DNA from: Abditibacterium sp.
Lineage (GTDB): Bacteria > Armatimonadota > Abditibacteriia > Abditibacteriales > Abditibacteriaceae
Reading direction: 5' to 3'
Length of the DNA: 64,000 bases
Assembly: GCA_965199495.1 (NCBI GenBank)
Contig: CBDASK010000003.1
Span: 544,001 to 608,000 of the forward strand
Shown: piece by piece, positions 56,142 to 64,000 of the stretch
Layout: every line of letters begins with the position of its first letter
Numbering within the stretch: position 1 is the stretch's first letter
Made by a program: the position numbers and the translations under genes
Notes under the pieces: model-generated
The model's input: the letters and a program-made list of their open reading frames with translations, nothing else
Database searches by the model: none
What the model was told of the DNA's origin: nothing

Positions 56142-59100
56142 ATGGGCCTCACACTTTTCATCTGGCACAACCGCAAAGCCGTGCTTTTGCTCGTCGCGCT
56201 GTTGTGCGCGATGGGCGCGTTTTTCTATCGCACCCTGCCCGTCGCCATCTTCCCCGACCTGACGGCGCCGCGCATCATCGTCACCGCCGACGCGGGCGAT
56301 ACGCCGATTCCGGCGTTGCTCGCCAAAATCACGCGCCCGCTCGAAGGCGCCGTGGCTGGTGTGCCCGGCATCACGAAACTGGGTTCTTTGACGCAACAAG
56401 GCAGCGCCGAGTTGGACGTGAATTTTCAGCCCGGCACCGATATGTTGGTCACGCTGCAAAAGGTCGAATCCAAAATCAGCGCCATCCAGAACGATTTGCC
56501 GCCCGGAACGCAGGTCGCCGCCGAACGGCTCAATCCCGCCGTGTTTCCCGTGATGGGTTACAGTCTGTATTCCAAAACCGTGAGCGCCAAGGAGCTGCAT
56601 CGCATCGCGCTTTACACCGTGCGCCCGCGCCTTTTGCGCGTGACCGATGTGCAACAAATTTCGGTTTTGGGCGGCGATACGCCCAATTTCACCGTCACGC
56701 TCAACCCGACGGCGATGCAAAGTCGCGGCGTCACCATTTCCGATGTGACCGACGCATTATCTAAAAATAACGTGATCGCTTCGGCGGGCTACTACGACAA
56801 ATCGTTTCTGCACTACCAAATTTTGGTGTCGGGACTTTTGCGCGGCTCCGCCGATATTAACAACATCGCCGTCGCGGTCAAGAATCGCATTCCCGTCACG
56901 CTCAATCAAATCGCGACTGTGACAAACGGGGTCGAGCCGCAAACAATCGCCACGAGCGGTGACGGGCACAACGCGGTTTTGGTCAACGTGATTAAACAAC
57001 CGGCGGGCAACACGATTCAGGTCGCCGACGGCATTGACGCCGCGCTACACGAACTCGAAGCCACGCTCCCGCCGGGCGTCACGATTTCGACGTTTTATGA
57101 CCAATCGCAAATCGTCCACGAATCGCAAAACAGCGTGGTCGAAGCGATTATCATTGGCGGCGTTTTGGCGATGCTCGTCGTCGTTTTATTTCTGGGCAAT
57201 CTGCGTACGGCGAGCGTGGTTCTCATTGCGCTGCCGCTCACGGTTTCGATCACGTTCGCGCTGATGAAAGTTTTGGGCCAAACGCTCAATATCATGACGC
57301 TGGGCGCCCTCGCTGTCGCGCTGGGTTTGGTGATTGACGACAGCATCGTTGTCGTCGAAAACATCTATCACGAACTGGAAAGCGGATTGTCGCGGCGCGC
57401 GGCGATTGCGTCGGGACTGGCACTCGTTACGCCCGCGATGATCGGCTCTTCGATTACAACGATGGCGGCGTTCGCGCCGCTCTTGTTTTTAACGGGCATT
57501 ACCGGCGAATTTTTCGGGCCGCTCTCGCTCGTCATGCTGATGACGTTGGCCGTTTCGTTGGGCTTGGCGCTGGTTTTGGTGCCGCTTTTGGCGGGTTGGT
57601 TGTTGCCCGAAAAAGCCGAACATCCGAGCGGAATCGCGGGCAAAATTCTGGGGTTCGTGCCGCACTTATTCGATTTGCTGGCGAACGTTTACGGGCGCGT
57701 TCTGGGCTGGTGTCTGGGCCATCGCTGGGTCGTCATCGTCGCATTATTGCCGTTGGGATTTGCGACGTATTCGCTTTATGGGCGTTTGCAAACCGGCTTT
57801 TTCCCCGAATTTGACGAGGGCGGATTTATCCTGGATTACCAGACGCCCGCCGGAACTTCCCTCGCGCAAACCGATTCGGACGCCCTCAAAGTCGAGAGAA
57901 TTTTAGCAGCCACGCCCGAAGTCGCGGCGTGGTCGCGGCGCACGGGCGCGCAGTTGGGTTTCGATATTACCACGATTAACAGCGGCGATATTTCGGTGCG
58001 TCTCAAGACCGACCGCTCGCGCGGCATTGACGCCGTGATGGACGATATTCGCACGCGCGTCGAAGCGCAGGTGCCCAGCGTCGCGGCGGATTTTCACCAG
58101 ATTTTGCAAGACCAAATCGGCGACATCGCCGGTTCGCCTTCGCCGGTTCAAATCAAAATCTTTGGCGACGACGAAGCGCAACTCGAAAAATTAGCGAGCC
58201 AAGTCAACGACTTAATCGCCAAAGTTCCGGGCGTGGTGGATAACAACAACGGCATCGTCAACAGCAGCCCGCAGGCGATTGTGCGCGTGGATACGGCGCG
58301 CGCGCAACGCTTCGGTTTTGCCACCGACGACATCCAAACCGCCGCGCAAACCGCTTTAATCGGCAGCGTGCCGACCAACATTCAGCAGGGCGAGCAGACC
58401 ATCGGCGTGCGCGTCAGAGTCGCGCCGCCGCCCGGCGGCGTGGATGCCAGCACTCTGCCCGCGATTCCGTTGCCGTCGCCGGTCACGGGCACAACGGTGC
58501 CGCTCAATCAAGTCGCCAATATCAATGTCGAGCCGGGCACGCCGCAAATCACGCGCGAAGACCAGCGCCAGATGATCGCCGTCACCGCCAGTTTGTCGGG
58601 CCGCGATTTAGGCAGCGCCACGCAAGAAATCCAGAACGTCATCCAAAAACAGGTGAAGCTGCCCAACGGCTACTCCATCGAATACGGCGGACTTTACGCC
58701 AGCCAGCAAGATTCGTTTGGACAACTGGGCGCTGTGATGCTGGTTTCGCTGCTGCTGGTTTTCGCGCTTTTGGTTTTGCAACTGCGCTCATTGCGCCAAT
58801 CCATCGCCCTGCTTTTGGCGGCGATTTTATCCATGAGCGGCGTATTAGCCGCGCTTTATCTCACCAAAACGCAGCTCAACATTTCGAGCATCACCGGCGC
58901 GGTTATGATCATTGGAATCATCACCGAAAACGGCATCGTTTTGTTCGATTTCTTCAACCGCCTACGCCGCGAAAACTCCGACAAACCGATACTCGATTTG
59001 ATGAAGCAAGCGTGCCGCGAACGATTGCGTCCAATTGTGATGACGACCATCGGCGCGATTCTGGCGCTCTTTCCACTTTCACTGGGTTTGGGCGCGGGCG

Positions 59101-59282
59101 CGGCGTTACAAAAACCGCTCGCCATCGCCGTTATCGGCGGCCTGACGGTTTCGACGATTTTCACGTTGTTAGTGGCGCCGACGTTATTTCTGGCGCTGGA
59201 AAGTTGGAAGCCTTCGCGCGCGCAAACCGAGGAAAACAAGGAATTTGAAGCGGTGCAGCGCGAGTTGGAAACGGCTCACTGA
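56142..59282 (+). CDS. RND transporter permease (AcrB/CusA-CzcA superfamily)
   Basis: TLNIMTLGAL..GLVIDDSIVVVENI, GFFPEFDEG, GIITENGIVL, RLRPIVMTT, QKPLAIAVIGGL. Confidence 0.95.
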   Translation: MGLTLFIWHNRKAVLLLVALLCAMGAFFYRTLPVAIFPDLTAPRIIVTADAGDTPIPALLAKITRPLEGAVAGVPGITKLGSLTQQGSAELDVNFQPGTDMLVTLQKVESKISAIQNDLPPGTQVAAERLNPAVFPVMGYSLYSKTVSAKELHRIALYTVRPRLLRVTDVQQISVLGGDTPNFTVTLNPTAMQSRGVTISDVTDALSKNNVIASAGYYDKSFLHYQILVSGLLRGSADINNIAVAVKNRIPVTLNQIATVTNGVEPQTIATSGDGHNAVLVNVIKQPAGNTIQVADGIDAALHELEATLPPGVTISTFYDQSQIVHESQNSVVEAIIIGGVLAMLVVVLFLGNLRTASVVLIALPLTVSITFALMKVLGQTLNIMTLGALAVALGLVIDDSIVVVENIYHELESGLSRRAAIASGLALVTPAMIGSSITTMAAFAPLLFLTGITGEFFGPLSLVMLMTLAVSLGLALVLVPLLAGWLLPEKAEHPSGIAGKILGFVPHLFDLLANVYGRVLGWCLGHRWVVIVALLPLGFATYSLYGRLQTGFFPEFDEGGFILDYQTPAGTSLAQTDSDALKVERILAATPEVAAWSRRTGAQLGFDITTINSGDISVRLKTDRSRGIDAVMDDIRTRVEAQVPSVAADFHQILQDQIGDIAGSPSPVQIKIFGDDEAQLEKLASQVNDLIAKVPGVVDNNNGIVNSSPQAIVRVDTARAQRFGFATDDIQTAAQTALIGSVPTNIQQGEQTIGVRVRVAPPPGGVDASTLPAIPLPSPVTGTTVPLNQVANINVEPGTPQITREDQRQMIAVTASLSGRDLGSATQEIQNVIQKQVKLPNGYSIEYGGLYASQQDSFGQLGAVMLVSLLLVFALLVLQLRSLRQSIALLLAAILSMSGVLAALYLTKTQLNISSITGAVMIIGIITENGIVLFDFFNRLRRENSDKPILDLMKQACRERLRPIVMTTIGAILALFPLSLGLGAGAALQKPLAIAVIGGLTVSTIFTLLVAPTLFLALESWKPSRAQTEENKEFEAVQRELETAH

Positions 59283-59345
59283 GCGTTTGCTTAGCTCGCG
59301 CTTGGGTAATTCTTAATTCGGTGATGCGGGCGAAACGTTTATTTA

Positions 59346-60207
59346 ACCAATGGTGCGGATGGGTTTAGAGCTTAAACTGGGCCAAACACAGTTGTGTTTC
59401 TCCGCTCCAGTCGAAGCAGATATTACAGACGGCGCAGGTATAAGCCAATCGGGCTTTGAGCGGTTCAAGCAACCGATGGGCGAGCTTCTTCATCCTCAAG
59501 ACGGTTGTGAACAAAGAGAAGAGCGTCTCGACGATCATACGGTCGTTCCACTGCCCCTTGCGGCAGATCTTCAGGTTTTCTGGGTCGCCCCCACGGGCGT
59601 GGAAGCCTCCGTCGCTAAACACGATCATCTGCTCTTTGACCGACTCGATGAGCGGGTGAAAGGCGCTGTCATGCACGCCCGCCCCATCCACGCGAAAGCC
59701 CACGATGCGCCCCAGATTATCGGTCAATACGCAGATTTTGGCCCCAACAATCCAACGGTGCAGACTCTTGCCTTTGCGCGCAATCTCGCGCTGAGTGTGC
59801 CGCTCGCGCCAGGGATGCACCAGCTCGATGCCATAGGAGTCCACCACGCCAAAGAGCGTGGCTGTGGCCAGAAAACGTTGACAGAGTGCTTGATAAGTGA
59901 CGAACAAACGGAACAGGCGTGTGCGTTCGGGCAGCCGGGGAAAGAGCGGGCCTAACTCGCGCCGCACCCAACGATCAAAAGCGCGATTGCCTTCGCCGCG
60001 CAGCACTTGCAGCATCGCCAGTGTCACAACTTCGCTGGGATGAAGCAGGGAAAACGGGTGTTTCTCTTGGTCGAATAACCCATCATCGACACGGCAAAAC
60101 AGGGCAATGGTAAAATCAATTGTGGTCATCGGGGAGGCTCTTTGGTGTTTTGGTCAACCTCAAAGTTTGCCGTCCCGATGACTCCTTCGCACACCCGCAC
60201 CATTGGT
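59346..60207 (-). mobile_element. IS982-family insertion sequence
   Basis: TIRs ACCAATGGTGCGG / CCGCACCATTGGT; flanks TATTTA / TACTTA (near-perfect 6-bp TSD); single transposase gene. Confidence 0.85.
59365..60129 (-). CDS. IS982-family DDE transposase
   Basis: LFCRVDD, LHPSEVVTL, FPRLPERTRLFR, VVDSYGIEL, FSDGGF, RMIVETLFS. Confidence 0.85.
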   Translation of the reverse strand: MTTIDFTIALFCRVDDGLFDQEKHPFSLLHPSEVVTLAMLQVLRGEGNRAFDRWVRRELGPLFPRLPERTRLFRLFVTYQALCQRFLATATLFGVVDSYGIELVHPWRERHTQREIARKGKSLHRWIVGAKICVLTDNLGRIVGFRVDGAGVHDSAFHPLIESVKEQMIVFSDGGFHARGGDPENLKICRKGQWNDRMIVETLFSLFTTVLRMKKLAHRLLEPLKARLAYTCAVCNICFDWSGETQLCLAQFKL

Positions 60208-60338
60208 TACTTAGGGTGCGAGGCGCGGAGTGTTTTGCGGGGTCGGCGTTTCATTTTCTCTCCATTTGAAAAGCCGATTGCATCTACCTACAAAGCGCTT
60301 CGCGTCTCGCACGCTAACTGTATTTCAAGCGAAAAACC

Positions 60339-61033
60339 ATGAAAAAATTGATTTTACCCCCGCTCACTCTCACCGCTCTGGCGCTCGCTTCGATATGCAG
60401 CCACGTCGCTCTGGCCGCTCCCGCGCGCCCCGATACCGCGCCGCGCCCGATGGCGCCCGTTTACAAGTTTCAACAACCAAAAGCGCTCTTCAACGTGAGC
60501 GAGGACAGCGAAGACCTTTATGATCAAGCGTTCGCTTCCAACTGGACAAAGCGAGCGCGGCGCTCGCTGTAATCAGCCGCGACGACGCGGTTTTGCGCAA
60601 AACGCAACCGTCGCTGAAAAAGCGCAGCGACGGCGTGGCTGCTCTTGCCGTCGCCGTCAAGCGCGACATCGCCGCCCAAGATCGGCCCGCCGCTTTGCGC
60701 GACATCAACCAGATAACGCGACTGACCATCGAGATGGACGCCGCTTACAGCGCGCCGATTCCGGTCGAAGTGAGCCTGATCGATTATTATGGCCGCGAAT
60801 TGCAGGTCTGGGCTATCGCCGGAGACAAGGCGCACTTGCAAAGCACGCTGGACGCGCTGCAAACGACGTGGCGCAAAGTGCGACCTCAAGTCGTGGCACG
60901 CAAGGGCGGAACCAAAGCCGCGCACAGTTTCGATACGATGGTCGCGCACGCCCAGTCCGCGAAGAGCATGATGCAAGCTGCGGCGCCGTTGCTCGAAGAA
61001 GTGGATCGATTGGAAAACGTCTTCGGCGCGTGA
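60339..61033 (+). pseudogene. Secreted helical protein, frameshifted at the A-run near 60550
   Basis: Signal-peptide ORF 60339-60572 joins ORF 60593-61033 if one A is added (NWTK-ASAALAVISRDDAVLRK). Confidence 0.65.
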
Positions 61034-61047
61034 ACACAGCGCGATAT

Positions 61048-61088
61048 AACGAAAAGCCTCGCTCAATACTTGGGCGAGGCTTTTCGTT
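61048..61088 (+). terminator. Intrinsic terminator
   Basis: AACGAAAAGCCTCGC..GCGAGGCTTTTCGTT, just after the stop at 61033. Confidence 0.8.
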
Positions 61089-61191
61089 TAAATTGGCTTT
61101 TACTGACAGGCGAGACACGTATAAAATCAACATTTTATTTAACATATCAACTTGTCTCTGATAAATATTTTAAATTGACACAAAATTCTTG

Positions 61192-61220
61192 TTGACAGCT
61201 ATAAGCGTTAAACTTAAAAT
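61192..61220 (+). promoter_or_regulatory. Sigma70-like promoter
   Basis: TTGACA, 17-bp spacer, TAAAAT in an AT-rich gap upstream of the secretin-like gene. Confidence 0.55.
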
Positions 61221-61609
61221 TTGAATTGTTACAAAATAGCGCTTTGAAATTCAAATTAAAAGGCGTTATTGAGCATTGATGCCGTTGGTTTTTTGCCCTT
61301 CTATTAAGCCGTTTGCCCGCTCACTTCACGCGGTTTGGTCGCATCCATCAGGGATGGAAGCCGCTATTTCTGTCCGCAAGCCTGTTCTTGTGGCTCAACA
61401 AATCGGACGGCATTTCTACTCTACGCTCTCTCTGACCAAGGTAAGAAATGGAGATCGATTTTTCCGATAGCGGCAACGGTTTGGTCTTCGCTCCCCAACC
61501 CTGAGCATCGAGATAAAAACGGTGGAATTGATGCTCAATGGTATTAAGTCACAAGCGTTTTTTCTCATATTTTGGAAGGAGAGCGCGCTTTTCCCGGAGA
61601 AATTCAACC

Positions 61610-63520
61610 ATGATATTCCCCTACTCGCTGGCCTGTGCCAACCCGCTATGGAGCGGCAAATCCCGTCTTTTGTGCGTGAGCATCGCGATGCTCGCGTTGG
61701 GAGCGCTCGCTGGCTCGGTTTCGGCTCAGCAACCCGCCGCAACTGACGCTCAAGAGCCAGACATCACGACATTGTGGTCGCGCACATTCGCTCCCGCATC
61801 GCTTGATACCGCCCAGAGAAAACCAATAACCGGAGACGCATCTGAGTCTCCCGCAGACGATCCGGCAAAGCCGAACCCCAAAGATTCGGGGAGCGCGAAG
61901 AAAGATACATCCTTGGTAGATAATATCAATAAGTTTTACGGCGCGCCCGAAGGGAAAGAATATATCACGGAACAGGGCAAGGGCTTTTATTACATCAAAG
62001 GGCCGCGCGCTAAAGTCGTGGCGATCAAACGCGATTTGCTCAGGATAGACGCCGCCCGGCCTCAAGTGCAGCTCGATATGTGGACGGTGCAAATCAGTGG
62101 CAACCCCAAGTCCATCGCCAAAAACTCCGCCGAGATTCGAGAGAAATTCGACCGCGCCAATCAGGCGATGCAAATGGTGAAAAGTCTGCGGGGCGACGCC
62201 GCGCAAAACCCGCAGTATCTCGATTACTCCGACCCGCTTTTATCAACTGACCCGAACACAGGGTTTTTACAAAAAATCGGCTTCAATCCCGATCCGCTAC
62301 GGCCTTTGTCGCTCACCGAATCGCTGATTTTTCTGGGTTTGCAAACCGCCATCGTCAACCCCGATGGAACTCTCAAGAAAGACGGGAAGGGCGAACCCGG
62401 CTATTTTCAGGGCAAGATGGTTTCTTGGAGCAATTACTCTGACCAAGACAAAAAGAGCATCGCCCGGATTTGCACTCTCAAAAAATTGCAGCAACAGGTC
62501 GCCGCCCTCAACTCTTCTGCTCTGCTAATGGCTTTGGGCGATCAGTTCAAAACCGATGGCAAGGCCAATCCGGACAAGCTATTGCTCAACTTATTGGACG
62601 CGTATTCCAGCAACCCGGCTTCTGATCGGGCCGGAATTTTCCAGTTCGCCGAGGCCGCAAAAGATTTCGATGATCCCAGTCGCTCTCTTATGCAACAGGA
62701 AAAGGACATCGCCCGCTTGCGCGCGACGGCAGCCGCCAGCGACCGTTTGATCAAAGCGGCGACCGACGCGTTTGCTTTTGATATGCAGGAGATGTTTCTC
62801 AAGCCGATTTTCGATGAGGTCTCCCAAAAAGCGGGCAGCACGACATCGGGCGTTGCGCTCACGGGCAAGGCTCGCTTGGTCGTGACCAGTCGCATTCAAA
62901 CCGGCATTAACCCGCAAATGAACTCCTACGTCGAGACCACGCGCCCCAAACCGCTCGACCTCAAAGCGTTAATGGGCCAACCGGCGAGTGGTTCCTCCAA
63001 TGCAGCCACGCCGTCGGCATCGGGAGACGCGCGGGCATTGAGCGGTTTATTGTCTCAGCCGCAATTGTTGCTTTTGGGCGCGGCGCTCAACCCAGTTGAA
63101 CCCGAAATTACCCAAGTCGCGCCCGGCGTGGCTATTAACGTTCTGCCCACGGTTTTGCCCGATGGCGGCTCGGCCCGTTTGCAACTCGATTTCGATTTCG
63201 GCGTGCAATCGAAGGTGATCGCATCGGTCGAAAAAGAAAATGGGCGGCGCGCCTCGGTGCCCGTGGATGGCATCGTCAGCAACCACGTCAAAACCGATCT
63301 CACCATCAGCGCTTTTGAACTGTTCGATGTCTCGTCGTTTTCGGTCGAAAGTTCCTATCCGCGCTCGCGCTATCTGCCCGTTATCGGCTCGATTCCGCTT
63401 TTGGGCGAAATCATCAAAAAGCCGCCCAAAAACAAAGTGACGCGCCATGAAAGCCTCGTTTTGGTCAACGCGATTATTCTGCCGCGCGTGCTCGATCTCA
63501 CCCACTTTTACGGAGATTAA
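61610..63520 (+). CDS. Atypical secretin-like outer-membrane protein
   Basis: Signal peptide; IDAARPQVQLDMWTVQI; GVAINVLPTVLPDG; LPVIGSIPLLGEII..ESLVLVNAIILP. Start 61538-61610 or later. Confidence 0.7.
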   Translation: MIFPYSLACANPLWSGKSRLLCVSIAMLALGALAGSVSAQQPAATDAQEPDITTLWSRTFAPASLDTAQRKPITGDASESPADDPAKPNPKDSGSAKKDTSLVDNINKFYGAPEGKEYITEQGKGFYYIKGPRAKVVAIKRDLLRIDAARPQVQLDMWTVQISGNPKSIAKNSAEIREKFDRANQAMQMVKSLRGDAAQNPQYLDYSDPLLSTDPNTGFLQKIGFNPDPLRPLSLTESLIFLGLQTAIVNPDGTLKKDGKGEPGYFQGKMVSWSNYSDQDKKSIARICTLKKLQQQVAALNSSALLMALGDQFKTDGKANPDKLLLNLLDAYSSNPASDRAGIFQFAEAAKDFDDPSRSLMQQEKDIARLRATAAASDRLIKAATDAFAFDMQEMFLKPIFDEVSQKAGSTTSGVALTGKARLVVTSRIQTGINPQMNSYVETTRPKPLDLKALMGQPASGSSNAATPSASGDARALSGLLSQPQLLLLGAALNPVEPEITQVAPGVAINVLPTVLPDGGSARLQLDFDFGVQSKVIASVEKENGRRASVPVDGIVSNHVKTDLTISAFELFDVSSFSVESSYPRSRYLPVIGSIPLLGEIIKKPPKNKVTRHESLVLVNAIILPRVLDLTHFYGD

Positions 63521-63522
63521 AT

Positions 63523-64000
63523 ATGAGTTCTGAAACCGCAATCGCCCCAAATATCTCGATTTCGCCCGCCAGCTACGCGCCGGTTCAAGCAGACAAACGT
63601 AGACAAGCGCGAGATAAGCCAAAAGAAGGCATCGCGCTGGCGTTGTCGGGCGGTGGCTATCGCGCCATGCTCTTTCATCTGGGCAGTTTGTGGCGGCTCA
63701 ACGAACTGGGCGTTTTGTCGCAGCTCGAACGCGTTTCGAGCGTTTCCGGCGGCTCGATCACGGCGGGCGTGCTGGGTTTGCGCTGGCACGAGTTGGGCCT
63801 CGACGGTGGCGCGAATGCCGTCGCGTCGCGCGAGGATTTCGTGCGTTTGGTGGTTGCGCCGATCCGCGCGCTGGCGGGCCGCAGCATTGATGTGAGTTCG
63901 TCGTTGCTCGGCGTTTTCGGGCCGGGCACGGCGGGCGACTGGATCGCGCGCGCCTACAGTAAACGTGTTTTTCATGGCGCCACTTTGCAGGATTTGCCCG
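63523..64000 (+). CDS. Patatin-like phospholipase (partial, runs off the window)
   Basis: IALALSGGGYRAMLFHLG and VSSVSGGSI motifs in frame from the ATG at 63523; absent from the ORF track because it has no stop in the window. Confidence 0.88.
   Translation, partial: MSSETAIAPNISISPASYAPVQADKRRQARDKPKEGIALALSGGGYRAMLFHLGSLWRLNELGVLSQLERVSSVSGGSITAGVLGLRWHELGLDGGANAVASREDFVRLVVAPIRALAGRSIDVSSSLLGVFGPGTAGDWIARAYSKRVFHGATLQDLP

Noticed and set aside
56142..59282. Naming the pump cusA/czcA and the two-component system cusRS or qseBC
   Set aside because: Family-level motifs only; orthology and substrate cannot be assigned by eye.
59350..59955. 201-aa plus-strand ORF inside the IS
   Set aside because: Antisense shadow of the IS982 transposase.
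1..64000. CRISPR array, integron attC array, rRNA/tRNA
   Set aside because: No regularly spaced direct repeats or RNA gene signatures seen; the repeats found are isolated palindromes or two-copy duplications.

Overview
A 64-kb, GC-rich bacterial accessory region with no rRNA, tRNA or CRISPR array. Main blocks: (1) 1-10.5 kb, a patchwork of small stress and detoxification genes (MocR regulator with DUF2917-like partner, SAM methyltransferases, DinB, SnoaL, an ArsR-SRPBCC/VOC operon), several broken or truncated. (2) 10.5-17 kb, a DUF6946-like gene split by a MITE, an IS3 scar, and a haem-motif hybrid kinase pair bracketed by two copies of a conserved orphan gene tail that resembles an integration scar. 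(3) 17-26 kb, tandem haem fatty-acid dioxygenase-like genes (alpha-DOX-like and COX-like), a multidomain galactose-oxidase-like enzyme and a GH130. (4) 26.5-40.8 kb, three giant uncharacterised proteins in one operon: 2359 aa DUF6603-like with an OmpA-like domain, ~1204 aa beta-sandwich, and 1103 aa with a phage tail-fibre-type module plus a degenerate PLD domain. This is the best candidate for an undescribed system. (5) 44.7-61 kb, an OmpR-family two-component module (PepSY, 2x YncE-like, 2x DUF347/COG4705, 2x PAP2, TolC-MFP-RND) whose promoters share 11-bp-period boxes, interrupted by an IS982-family element. (6) An orphan secretin-like gene and a partial patatin. Several REP-like hairpins are nested in or around MITE-like elements. 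All family calls come from reading motifs by eye, not from database searches.
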